DNA of 64,000 nt from contig JAYTHK010000220.1 of NCBI GenBank assembly GCA_043732665.1, forward strand, positions 8,860-72,859, written 5' to 3'. The stretch's first letter is position 1, and each line of letters opens with the position of its first letter. The DNA comes from Cytophagales bacterium. Its GTDB lineage: Bacteria; Bacteroidota; Bacteroidia; Cytophagales; Cytophagaceae. Below the pieces are notes generated by a model. That model was given only the letters and a program-made list of their open reading frames with translations. It searched no databases and was not told the DNA's origin. Below are positions 10,162 through 20,167 of this stretch, one piece after another. A program made the position numbers and the translations under genes.

Positions 10162-11769
10162 ATGATTTTTAACAGTATAGATGCAATAGTATTAATAGGA
10201 TATCTTGTGCTCATTTTTGGAGTGGTGATTTATTATTCCAGAAAGACCGTTAACATCACACAGTATTTTTTGGCAGATCGAAGTATTCCTTGGTTTGCTG
10301 TAGGTGCAGCACTTTTTGCAACCGATATCTCCAGCGCTCATGTAGGGCTTGCTGGAGCTGGATTTTCTTCTGGTCTTGCGGTGAGCAACTTTGTATTATC
10401 TGCTTGTGTGGCGGTGGTTTTGTTAGGTTGGTTATTTGTTCCTTTGTATCTAAAAACAGGCGTATTTACATTGCCCGAATTTTTGGAAAAAAGATACAAT
10501 GAACAATGTCGGTGGTACCTTTCCGTAGTCTCTATTGCCGCTTATATACTCACTAAAATTTCTGTAACCTTATTGGCAGGAGGAATTATACTTAAATATG
10601 TGATGGGTTGGGATATCTATACTTCCTCTCTAGTACTGGTTTTGGTTGCAGGTATCTACACGTTGATAGGCGGTTCGCGAGGAATTTTTATGGCGCAAAG
10701 TATTCAGACAATACTACTAATAGCAGGTTCAGGGCTTTTAGTGTATTATGGAATGGATGAAGTAGGAGGCTTTGAGGGACTTCAGTCAAAAGTACCGACC
10801 GATTATTTTCAAATATTTAAACCTATGAGTCACCCTGAGTTTCCTTGGACAGGCATGGTTTTCGGAGCATTAATTCTTGGTATTTGGTATTGGACTACCG
10901 ATCAATATATTGTTCAGATTACGCTTAGCGCTAAAAATATTGACCATGCCCGTGCAGGTACATTGTTTGCCTCTTATTTACGATTGTTGCCTATTTTATT
11001 ACTGGTAGTGCCTGGTATCATTGCCAAAGCATTGTATCCAGCTATTCCCTCGAGTAGCGCTTATATACACATGGTGACACATCTTCTTCCTTCAGGCGTG
11101 CGCGCTATTGTTATCATTAGTTTTTTTGCAGCGCTTATTTCTTCTCTTTCTTCAGCTATTAATGCCACCTCTACTTTATTTACATTGGATATTTATAATA
11201 AATTGTATCCCAAAGCCAACGACTTTGTACTTGTTAATATTGGGCGAATTGCTTCGTTCGTCGTGGTGTTATTTGGTATTATCTGGATACCTTTTATATA
11301 TGCACTCTCCAGCGATATTTATTTTTATATTCAAAGTGTACAATCGTATATAGCACCTCCTATTTGCGTAGTTTTTTTAGTTGGCGTGTTATGGTCAAGA
11401 GCTAATGGTGTCGCTGCTATTAATGTATTAAGATTAGGATTCGTGTTGGGAATGGTGAAGTTTATAACCGATATTTTATACCGAAGTTTTGGAGTGCGAG
11501 ATAGTTTTATAACCCTCTTGGCAGAAATTCATTTTCTACACTTTGCAATTTTTTTATTTTTAATAAGTACTGTTCTGATGATTGTTATTAGTTTAAAAAC
11601 TAAGGCACCAGAAAGAGAAAAAGTAAATGGCTTTACACTAAAGTATGCCAACGAAATAGTGAAAGAAGAATCTTACAAACAAGAAAGTGGCAAATATAGG
11701 AAAATTAATTTAATCGCTACAGCGGGGCTGGTATTGATACTCTCGGTGTATTGGTTCATATTTGGATAA
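10162..11769 (+). CDS. Sodium:solute symporter family (SSF/SGLT-like) transporter
   Basis: 535-aa polytopic protein with SSF blocks FLADRSIPWF, FTLPEFLEKRY and GGSRG..AQSIQT. It is a paralogue of 51902..53500. Confidence 0.88.
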   Translation: MIFNSIDAIVLIGYLVLIFGVVIYYSRKTVNITQYFLADRSIPWFAVGAALFATDISSAHVGLAGAGFSSGLAVSNFVLSACVAVVLLGWLFVPLYLKTGVFTLPEFLEKRYNEQCRWYLSVVSIAAYILTKISVTLLAGGIILKYVMGWDIYTSSLVLVLVAGIYTLIGGSRGIFMAQSIQTILLIAGSGLLVYYGMDEVGGFEGLQSKVPTDYFQIFKPMSHPEFPWTGMVFGALILGIWYWTTDQYIVQITLSAKNIDHARAGTLFASYLRLLPILLLVVPGIIAKALYPAIPSSSAYIHMVTHLLPSGVRAIVIISFFAALISSLSSAINATSTLFTLDIYNKLYPKANDFVLVNIGRIASFVVVLFGIIWIPFIYALSSDIYFYIQSVQSYIAPPICVVFLVGVLWSRANGVAAINVLRLGFVLGMVKFITDILYRSFGVRDSFITLLAEIHFLHFAIFLFLISTVLMIVISLKTKAPEREKVNGFTLKYANEIVKEESYKQESGKYRKINLIATAGLVLILSVYWFIFG

Positions 11770-11783
11770 GACGCAGTAGATGA

Positions 11784-13454
11784 TTATCGCAATTGAAGGC
11801 TTAGGCTATTTAATTTCAAGTTTTTCTTTTCTTTGTTCCACACAAAAGTTGAAATTTTGCAATCTAAATCAACAGCTTTTGGGATGTCTACAGTCATTGA
11901 AAAATAGTGCTTAGGAATAAATTTATTATAATTAGTATTCAATTTGAGTGATGTGCAATAAATAATAGAATTATTTTTTTCAATAATGAAAAAAAGTTCT
12001 GCATTGGTAATAGGAGTATGAAGCTCAACATCAGCACTAAGCATAGCACATCTGAAACTAGAAAGTGTGTAATGTCTTTGATTTACAAAAATTCCTTCTG
12101 AAAATTCTTTTTCAGAAGTTAAATTGGAATCTTTTACCTTGATTTTTTTATAATATCCTCCTCGTAAAATCAAGTTTGAATATTCCTTAAAGTCCCACTC
12201 CGAACCAGCAAAACATTTGTCGAAGGAATAGATAAGTTTGAAATTAAATAATACGCCTATAAAAATAAGGGCAGCAAGTAAAATTCTTATTTTATTTTGA
12301 GTAGAATGGAGCCAATGTATTATATGACCTAATGGTAATGCAAAAAAAGAAGCATACTCTACTAAAGCTCTATCACTATAACTACAACCTAATGAAACTA
12401 TGAACCAGGCTCCTCCGATATATAAGAGCAGGAGGAACATACTAAGAACCAAAATGCCATTATTTATTTTCTTTATTATCATATAAATCATTCCTCCCAG
12501 AATTATTATAAATAGCGGTGTATAAAGGAACAGTCCATTGTTTGGAGAAAATAATAATTCTATAATTTTAGGCGCATTCCAATTCGAAAAAGTTTCATCT
12601 CTATATCCATAATAGATCCAATTTCCAGTTAAATATTTCCAATATAAAGATTGAGGGAGAAGGAAGAGCGAGAATGTAATCGTAAAAATCAAAAGGTATT
12701 TCCAGTTCGTAAACTCCTTTATTCGGAGGAGGACGCCATTTGTTGAGTTACAATTTAAGAAAATAGGAATAAAAATTATGACGAAGTTAATCGGTCGAAC
12801 CAAGAAAATTATAGAGAATGCAATAGCCCAAAATAGAAAGATTATTTTTTTATTTTGTGAAGCGGATATTAATTTTCCTGTTAAATAAAAAAAAAGAGTA
12901 AACAGGCAAAAAGAATAAATGTGAGACATCCCAGAGCTGTCCGTTGAATAATAGAACACATTGGTTCCAAAAAAAATACAGAGAGCTGTAATTACAGATA
13001 AGCAATCGCTAAAGTATTGTTTCAGAAATTTAATAAGCAAAACAATGCCTATAAAAGAATAAAAAAGCGACGCTAGATTTGGAACTTGATAATACAAATC
13101 TGAAAATCCATTCTGAGACTCTTTAGGTAGATTTGTACAATAATGTATAAAGAGAAAAAAAGGAGCTTGAAGTAGCGCTACTCCATAAGTATATTTGGTG
13201 CTTATTTTATTTTCAACTGTGTCAATAACAAAGCCATATCCAGTAATTGCTTCGATATTTTTTGGAAATTGTTTTGCATCAAAATTATAAATGAAAAGGC
13301 TTGGTAAAAGTACATAGTAGCCTCCCTGATCTGCCCATAGTTCACTTCTCCATCCCTTTTCATGGTTGGAATATTTCTGATAAGTGAACGAAGATAAAAT
13401 TAGAAAAAGTAAGACGTAGAGTGCGTATTTTTTTAAATGAGGAATAATTTTCAT
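11784..13454 (-). CDS. Polytopic membrane protein, GT-C-fold (ArnT/PMT-like) glycosyltransferase candidate with a C-terminal beta-rich domain
   Basis: 556 aa with at least 10 predicted TM helices and an early extracytoplasmic loop ELWADQGGYY. The family assignment comes from overall architecture only. Its ATG overlaps the stop of the upstream receptor gene (ATGA at 13451-13454). Confidence 0.4.
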   Translation of the reverse strand: MKIIPHLKKYALYVLLFLILSSFTYQKYSNHEKGWRSELWADQGGYYVLLPSLFIYNFDAKQFPKNIEAITGYGFVIDTVENKISTKYTYGVALLQAPFFLFIHYCTNLPKESQNGFSDLYYQVPNLASLFYSFIGIVLLIKFLKQYFSDCLSVITALCIFFGTNVFYYSTDSSGMSHIYSFCLFTLFFYLTGKLISASQNKKIIFLFWAIAFSIIFLVRPINFVIIFIPIFLNCNSTNGVLLRIKEFTNWKYLLIFTITFSLFLLPQSLYWKYLTGNWIYYGYRDETFSNWNAPKIIELLFSPNNGLFLYTPLFIIILGGMIYMIIKKINNGILVLSMFLLLLYIGGAWFIVSLGCSYSDRALVEYASFFALPLGHIIHWLHSTQNKIRILLAALIFIGVLFNFKLIYSFDKCFAGSEWDFKEYSNLILRGGYYKKIKVKDSNLTSEKEFSEGIFVNQRHYTLSSFRCAMLSADVELHTPITNAELFFIIEKNNSIIYCTSLKLNTNYNKFIPKHYFSMTVDIPKAVDLDCKISTFVWNKEKKNLKLNSLSLQLR

Positions 13455-15424
13455 TTTTTCTTTAACACTTTAATTTCCGCCAAATATTTTTCTTCTTTCT
13501 GCGAAAAGCCTTCCTGTGTAGCCATTAGTTCTTCTACCTGCTGGCGCATTTCTTCTTCTTGTTGGCGCAACATCTCTTCTTTATTGAGTGATTCTTCCAG
13601 CATTTTCCTTGTAGTATCGTTAAACAGTACATTGCTAAGTGTGGAAGAAATCTGATCCGTAACTTTCTTCAGCACTTCGTATTGAAGTGGAGTGAATTCT
13701 TTTAGGGAAGCCATTTCGATCAACCCTACAAATTGGTTATTGAATTGTAGCGGCTCAATAATAATTAACTTTGGAGTAGTTTGTCCAAGTCCTGAAGAAA
13801 TAGAAATATACTCTTCTGGTACATTATTAATTTCTATTCTTTCTTTGTCCTTCATACACTGACCTAAAAGTCCTTCGCCTTCTTGGATTTCCATTCCATC
13901 TAGTCTTTTCTCGTCTAGACCATAACCTGAAGCGAGTTTAAGGTGGCTTTCCCCTGGAGATAAAAGATATAACACAGCAAGTCTGCACTCAAAGTATTCT
14001 GCAACAAATTTTATTATTTTTTTGTAAAGTTGATCCTTGTCGTTGAGGTAGTTAGCAATGATAGTGCTGAGTTCGGAAATTCCACCAGAAACATATTTTT
14101 CTCTCGCTATTTGCGCTTCTACTTGTTGCTGTAAATTTTTTCTAACTTCTTCCGTTTTAAATTGAGTTTGGGCAAGTTCAGAAAGTGCTTCTTCTTGACT
14201 GATTACTAAATCTTGCATTTTTATTTTTATTCGTTCACCAAGGGCGAGGGAAATAAAAAGCATTTGAAAAGCTTCTCCTATTAAGTGCATGTATACGGTA
14301 AGAATAGTATTAGGAAATAAACTATTCATGGTCAGTTCTCGGATGGTATAGCCGATCACTAACATTAGCATAGCCACCGTAAAATAACGCAATTGTCTAT
14401 GCCCATTATACAATGCCAAGAAAGAAAGAATAAGAATAGAAGCCCTAATAAAGATATCAAAAAGGAAAATCGGAAACAGTGTAATTCCTCCGACACTAAA
14501 GAGCAGATAAATAAAACGAATGGCTATAAAAATAAGACCAATTCGTATATACTTTTTATCAGGTTTCGTCTCTTTGAGAAATTCGTATGCAAGTACTAAA
14601 AATAGACTGATAACAAGGAACGATGCTACTTGTTGAATTAAATTGTTAATCTGAGGAAGTTCGTTCCAAAGAAACTGAAAGCCCAATCCATCTTGGGTAG
14701 AACTATACAGTGCAGCAGTATATACATAGAAGACATAAACTAAATAAATTTTCAACCTGGTCACAAAATACTGCATCAAGTTGAAAATCATTAAAGTGAT
14801 TGCCAGCCCATAAAACAGAGCCAGATAGAAGTACTCTTTTAAGGCATATTCAATAAAAGAGTGAATGTTTCGTATTGCGCCTTTAAAAAAGACGGGATGA
14901 GCGCCTTTTATTCTTATGTAAATAGTCTGTTCAACATCGTAGGACAAATTAAGATCAAAAATGAAATTTTTATGTTTGTATTGGCGACTTGTAAATGTTT
15001 TGCTATCACCACTCTCAATAAGCATATATTTCCCAGTTTCGTTTGGAGCATAAAAAGCAACATCGTCTGAAGATTGGTCGAAGACTTCAAAAACCCATCT
15101 ATTGGTATCTTTCGTAAGTTTTTTTATTTTTATTCTGGCCCAATAAGAGACATCGGCTTTTGAAGTGATGGGCACATCCAGTTTATCCTTATAAAATTTA
15201 TTGTCATATTTCCCTGCGGCAATTTCTGCGATGGAAAATTGACTTTCTGGATCTTCGAGTAGTTCTAGGTTTTCTCCTTTCCAATAGTGTAATTCATTTA
15301 TATCCTTTTCATTAATTGTAATCGGAACAACGTCAATACCATAAGATGAATAGGATACTAAAAAGAGATAAAACAAGGTTAATGCCCTGCTTATGATGCT
15401 ACTATGTTTTTCAAAAATACCCAA
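13451..15424 (-). CDS. 7TMR-DISM receptor (DISMED2 extracellular domain plus 7TM) fused to a cytoplasmic GAF domain and a Glu/Gln-rich coiled-coil tail. No recognisable output domain.
   Basis: The N-terminal jelly-roll-like region contains WARIKIKK...YIRIKG. The 7TM block is YFYLALFYGLAITLMIFNLMQYF..GLGFQFLW. The GAF region is CRLAVLYLL...GLLGQCM...FVGLIEMAS. The tail is EEMLRQQEEEMRQQVEELMATQE. The ORF uses a TTG start. Confidence 0.8.
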   Translation of the reverse strand: MGIFEKHSSIISRALTLFYLFLVSYSSYGIDVVPITINEKDINELHYWKGENLELLEDPESQFSIAEIAAGKYDNKFYKDKLDVPITSKADVSYWARIKIKKLTKDTNRWVFEVFDQSSDDVAFYAPNETGKYMLIESGDSKTFTSRQYKHKNFIFDLNLSYDVEQTIYIRIKGAHPVFFKGAIRNIHSFIEYALKEYFYLALFYGLAITLMIFNLMQYFVTRLKIYLVYVFYVYTAALYSSTQDGLGFQFLWNELPQINNLIQQVASFLVISLFLVLAYEFLKETKPDKKYIRIGLIFIAIRFIYLLFSVGGITLFPIFLFDIFIRASILILSFLALYNGHRQLRYFTVAMLMLVIGYTIRELTMNSLFPNTILTVYMHLIGEAFQMLFISLALGERIKIKMQDLVISQEEALSELAQTQFKTEEVRKNLQQQVEAQIAREKYVSGGISELSTIIANYLNDKDQLYKKIIKFVAEYFECRLAVLYLLSPGESHLKLASGYGLDEKRLDGMEIQEGEGLLGQCMKDKERIEINNVPEEYISISSGLGQTTPKLIIIEPLQFNNQFVGLIEMASLKEFTPLQYEVLKKVTDQISSTLSNVLFNDTTRKMLEESLNKEEMLRQQEEEMRQQVEELMATQEGFSQKEEKYLAEIKVLKKK

Positions 15425-16039
15425 TGCGCTAATTATATATTAAGTGAAGTAGTAGTAAATGTCTCAAAATGAAGTCTATAATTACTTTAAGGAACTATTA
15501 CTACTAAATATATTTATTTAATTCAGTTTTACAAAACTTATTTCTAAGCGGCATTAAATTATGAATATATAAAGGAAGTAATGCACAATAACATTTAAGC
15601 GGGGGAATAAAAATTTTACTATGGACTTAACTAGGGGGAAGAAGAGATTGAAAACGATTTTAAAAATAACTATTTGTTTAGTAATATTTTAAATAATTTA
15701 ACGATCTAATAACTGTTATTTTTTGAAAAAATCACTACCTTTGATATTCAAATGAGTCTTAAGTTACGCCTGAAAAGCTAAAACTCACTTTTAAAAGCGG
15801 TTAGGTCTTTTTTTTAGGAAGCAATTTGGTTGCGATTTAAAAAGAAACAACGCTTACTTTCGTAAAAATATTTGAATATTATTCTTTTTTTATTGTTTTC
15901 TAAACGTAAAATAAAGACTGCTCGTACTAGGTAGCTAGACTGGCGAAATCGAAAAAATAATAAAAAAAATGTTTTTTATTATAAAAATTAAGTTAGTTTT
16001 TGAGAATAATAAGAAAGTAATATTTGTAAATACTTAATT

Positions 16040-17155
16040 ATGAATAAATTATACAAGTTTTTTGTTTTATTGATTACTGTTACGTTTATAACGTCAGGTT
16101 TTTCTCTGGCGTCCGATGAATTTTACGTTTACTCCGATAAATTTGACCATGGTTCTCCTTCTGGAATTATGGGTACCTCTAATGGTAACAGTTTACAAAT
16201 AAATCCAAGTTGGAAAGACAACCCTTTAAAAGGTGAATATTGTTTGAAAATAGAAGCAAGTGGAGCCGAAGCTTGGAGTGGAGTATTTGTTCAAACAGGA
16301 GGAACCTGGAAAGTAGGAATTGATTCATTGAAACCCTTAGCCGATTTGACAGGCAAAAAGTATTTTATTTTTAGTGTACGTTCTGATAAAGAGGCTCAGC
16401 TAGTAGAAATTGGATTTGGAGAAGGCAACGAGGCCAAAAAATCAGAGAAAGATATTTCTGTAACTCCAAAATGGCAGCGTTATGTTATGGAATTACCTTC
16501 TAATGGACTTAAGCGTGTAAATGGATTGCTGTTGGTTGTTTTTGGGGGCGCAAGAACAATATATTTGGATGAGGTATTTTATGCAGGAAGTGATTTTCAG
16601 CCAACTTCTACTGATATAGTATATAAGGAGCGATCAGAACCAATGGATCCAACTTCTTTTTATGTATTCAGCGATAAGTTTGATCATGGTATTCCAAGCG
16701 GTTACTCCGGTGAGCATGATGGAAAGAGTATGAAGTTGGATGACAACTGTCGTAGTAATCCTTTCCAAGGTCCAAAATGTATAAAGATAACCACTGATAA
16801 TTCAGAAGCATGGAGAGGGATGTTTATTTTCATCTCTGGAAAATGGACAGCTTAAATGGGAGAGAAAGATAAAAAAATCGATTTGAGTGCGTACGATAAA
16901 CTTGAATTTTATGCCCGTTCCGATTCAAAAAGTTCGGATCCTTATATCATAAAAGAAATTGGAGTAGGCAATGGTGGCGGTACTGAAGACAAGAGGAGTG
17001 AAGAAATTATAGAAATTGGTACTACATGGAAAAAGTATTCAATTAACCTAAAAGGAATGGATTTGACAAAAATAAACACGTTGATTTATTTCTGGCTGCC
17101 AGTTGGAACCTTGTATTTGGATGAAATTAGGTATATAAAAAAGAAAGTTAAATAA
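16040..17155 (+). pseudogene. Secreted tandem CBM-like (two ~170-aa repeats) protein interrupted by an in-frame TAA at 16853-16855
   Basis: Repeat 1 (SDEFYVYSDKFDHGSPSG...IYLDEVFYAG) aligns with repeat 2 (TSFYVFSDKFDHGIPSG...LYLDEIRYI) along its whole length. The TAA falls inside repeat 2 (..SGKWTA*MGEKD..). The 99-aa ORF 16856..17155 is in the same frame and completes the repeat. Confidence 0.75.
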
Positions 17156-17157
17156 TT

Positions 17158-18045
17158 ATGACAATTAAATATTGGGCGGCACTTCTAGTAGTGCTGGTAT
17201 TCTCTGCCTGTTCTTCTGTATATTTAGTACAACAGGATGACTTATACAAATCGGCGGAAGAAGTTTATGAAGTAGATCCTATAAAACCTGGAGACTTGGG
17301 CTATAATGCTCCGAAAGATAGAGCTGATTGGAATCTAGTATGGGAGGAAGATTTCTTGGGTGAACAAGTAGATACGACCAAGTGGAATTATGAAATAAAT
17401 GGAGACGGTGGTGGAAATAACGAACTTCAGTTTTATATAAAATCTCCCACTACTTCTTTCCTTAGAGATGGAAAGTTGGTGATGAAAGCAAATAAGACAA
17501 ATTACAAAGGGAAAGCTTATACTTCTGCCAGATTGAATACAAAAAGCAAAATGGATTTTAAGTACGGAAGATTTGATATCCGTGCTAAAACACCTGTTCA
17601 ACAAGGTATCTGGCCTGCTATCTGGATGCTTCCTACCGATTATGTATACGGTGGTTGGCCAAAAAGTGGTGAGATAGATATCATGGAGACAATTGGTAAT
17701 AAACCTTCTACCTTACATGGTACACTTCATTATGGACAACCCTGGCCTGATAATAAAAATATAGGCGGTACAACTAAGCTTGCTAAAGGTACTTTCGAAG
17801 ACGAATACCATGTATTCTCTTGTGAATGGGAAGAAAATGTGATTCGTTTTTACCTAGACGATTCTCTGTATGCAACCCGCACACCTGCAGATCTTTCGCC
17901 ACAAGCTTGGCCTTTCGACCAAAAATTCCACATGCTTTTAAACTTGGCTGTCGGTGGCAACTGGCCTGGTCCGCCTGATGAAACGACAACATTCCCCAAA
18001 TATATGTTTGTGGATTATGTACGTGTATATCAAAGAAAACAATAA
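17158..18045 (+). CDS. GH16-family endo-beta-glucanase (laminarinase/licheninase-like) lipoprotein
   Basis: It has the catalytic motif GEIDIMET (ExDxxE), the block WPAIWMLP, a GH16 C-terminus FVDYVRVYQ and a lipobox-like VLVFSAC. Confidence 0.92.
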   Translation: MTIKYWAALLVVLVFSACSSVYLVQQDDLYKSAEEVYEVDPIKPGDLGYNAPKDRADWNLVWEEDFLGEQVDTTKWNYEINGDGGGNNELQFYIKSPTTSFLRDGKLVMKANKTNYKGKAYTSARLNTKSKMDFKYGRFDIRAKTPVQQGIWPAIWMLPTDYVYGGWPKSGEIDIMETIGNKPSTLHGTLHYGQPWPDNKNIGGTTKLAKGTFEDEYHVFSCEWEENVIRFYLDDSLYATRTPADLSPQAWPFDQKFHMLLNLAVGGNWPGPPDETTTFPKYMFVDYVRVYQRKQ

Positions 18046-18078
18046 TTGAAACTATTGAAAATTTATACCAATCATTAT

Positions 18079-20109
18079 ATGTTAAACTATTACAATAAGG
18101 CTAAATTTTATATCATCGGTCTACTCTTGGTGATGCTCTTATTTATTCGTGTTTCTGCTTTTGCACAAGTATCCAAAGATTCTTCTGACAAACCAAAGGA
18201 CAAAAATTCGAGGTTCAAGATTGTGAGACCTGGGGCTGCTTCTAATCAAATAAAACCTATAGTAGACCTAGATGGCGTTTTTACATCACATCTTCCAGGG
18301 ATTTCTGTAGGGGGATATTTTAGAGGATATGGCTATGGAAGGTCAATGAATCAAGGCTATTATAATGGCTTAGATGCTTCTGGAAAACCAAATTATTTGG
18401 GTGCAAACAAAGTATATACAATAGGAGATGGTTATTATAACCCATTATTGTATACTTATATTGGTGGTAATCCAACCGCAAATACGAGTTTTGGGATTGA
18501 GTTTGCGATGGGAAATCCATGGGAAGCATTCAATGGTCCTGGAAATGTGAATCGTACTTTTAATACCTACAACACAATCGTGATGAGAGGGAACACCAAT
18601 ACGAAAGTGGGGAAATTTGGCATTATAGCAGGAGGTATTGAATGGCAAAGATTAACGCCCTTTACCTTTGGGCAGAACATCAGCTTTCAACGTTATAGCA
18701 TATGGGAAAGAAAACCATGGGATCCAGGAGGGAATCTTAACACCCGTTATTCCAGTTATTATACTAACGGGTCTATCAATCAGGATGCTCGTTTTGGAAC
18801 AAATGCTTTTAAAGGGTTTATGATAAACGGGTACGACTTACCTTTCAATACAACCTTCGATTTTTTCTACGGAAAAACAGCAAACAATGGTGGTTACGAC
18901 AGAGAGTCTATCGTGAAACCGAAAGAAAATATAGGAGTAAAACTTGTTAAAAAATTAAAAAATGGGAATACGGTTGGAGTAAATACCTTTAATTCTTACA
19001 CAAGAACGGACAGTATAAACGGTAAAGTGAACGTACACTGGAGTATTATCACTTCCGATTTTAATTTCAATTACAAAGGCTTCAATTTGAATGGTGAAAT
19101 CGGATTGGGTAATTACGCAAGTCCAAACTATAAGAAACATTGGAGCGAAGGTATAATAGTCAATTTAGTAACGCCCAAAAAATATACATTAATACCCTTG
19201 TCTCTTCGCTATTTTGAAATAGGGCAGAGCTTTACAAGTAACGTGGCAATGTTTTCCAACACTTCCGTCAGAGAGGTATATAACAACAACGCAAGCGCAA
19301 GCGGACCAAGCCCGACACAAGTATTACAAGTACCTTTTGCAGGAAACATGGGAGGCGTAGGAAGTTTGGCAAACAACAGACGTGGTGTAGCTTTAAATAC
19401 TGAGTTCAAAATCTGGAAACTTAAATTTAATACAGGTCTTCAGGTGGAAGGTGAAATGAATAGGCTCAACAACGGAAATACAATTTCTTATAATCACAGT
19501 ATTAATGCCCTTGCTTGGTCTAGACTTCCTCTTTATTATCCGCTCACTACACCAATGGGGCCTAATAAGAGAGTACATCAGTTTTACCAAGGCGCTTCTG
19601 AAGTAGTAAACATAAAAGATACCCTTTCAGACGGTTCTCCTCAATACAAAAGAATGTATAACTCGTTTGATTTTCAGGTAAAATACAAACAAAGAATATT
19701 TAATAGAGATTTCTATGTGTATTTATTGAACACCTACATGTCTGTACAAAATACGCTTTCTCCAATACCTGTATTCTCTAATAGTTCTTATATCAGGGCT
19801 CAATACCATGAATTGGAAGCCTATTACCAAATAAGCAGAAGTTTCATACTATCTATGTATGGAGGATTAGAATTAATAAAAGGAAATAACCGTACCGATG
19901 TGACTACTACCACTACTGGCGTAAATGGTGCAGCAGGACTATATAGAAATCAAATAGGAAAGTCGCTTGGAATAGGGGCAGATATTTCACTTAGTAATTC
20001 TGCCAGTCTTTATTTTAGACAGCGATGGTTTACGTACAACGACCGCAGTTTTGATAAAGAACGATTCCAAGGTCAAGAGTCGACTATTGAATTGAAAATA
20101 TTCTTTTAG
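18079..20109 (+). CDS. Large outer-membrane beta-barrel protein of unknown family (no plug domain or TonB box seen)
   Basis: The signal-like N-terminus is ..LLFIRVSAFAQ. Composition is Gly/Asn/Tyr-rich with an alternating pattern. The C-terminus is STIELKIFF with a terminal Phe. I took the start at the first ATG, because the track ORF starts at a TTG at 18046. Confidence 0.6.
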   Translation: MLNYYNKAKFYIIGLLLVMLLFIRVSAFAQVSKDSSDKPKDKNSRFKIVRPGAASNQIKPIVDLDGVFTSHLPGISVGGYFRGYGYGRSMNQGYYNGLDASGKPNYLGANKVYTIGDGYYNPLLYTYIGGNPTANTSFGIEFAMGNPWEAFNGPGNVNRTFNTYNTIVMRGNTNTKVGKFGIIAGGIEWQRLTPFTFGQNISFQRYSIWERKPWDPGGNLNTRYSSYYTNGSINQDARFGTNAFKGFMINGYDLPFNTTFDFFYGKTANNGGYDRESIVKPKENIGVKLVKKLKNGNTVGVNTFNSYTRTDSINGKVNVHWSIITSDFNFNYKGFNLNGEIGLGNYASPNYKKHWSEGIIVNLVTPKKYTLIPLSLRYFEIGQSFTSNVAMFSNTSVREVYNNNASASGPSPTQVLQVPFAGNMGGVGSLANNRRGVALNTEFKIWKLKFNTGLQVEGEMNRLNNGNTISYNHSINALAWSRLPLYYPLTTPMGPNKRVHQFYQGASEVVNIKDTLSDGSPQYKRMYNSFDFQVKYKQRIFNRDFYVYLLNTYMSVQNTLSPIPVFSNSSYIRAQYHELEAYYQISRSFILSMYGGLELIKGNNRTDVTTTTTGVNGAAGLYRNQIGKSLGIGADISLSNSASLYFRQRWFTYNDRSFDKERFQGQESTIELKIFF

Positions 20110-20167
20110 TAGGTAAGAAAAACAAGATATAAAACAGAACGAGTTATAAATTATAAAATCAATAAAA

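Noticed and set aside
16856-17155. Independent 99-aa gene
   Set aside because: It is in frame with 16040..16855, lacks a signal peptide and supplies exactly the missing C-terminal two-thirds of repeat 2. I treated it as part of one interrupted gene.
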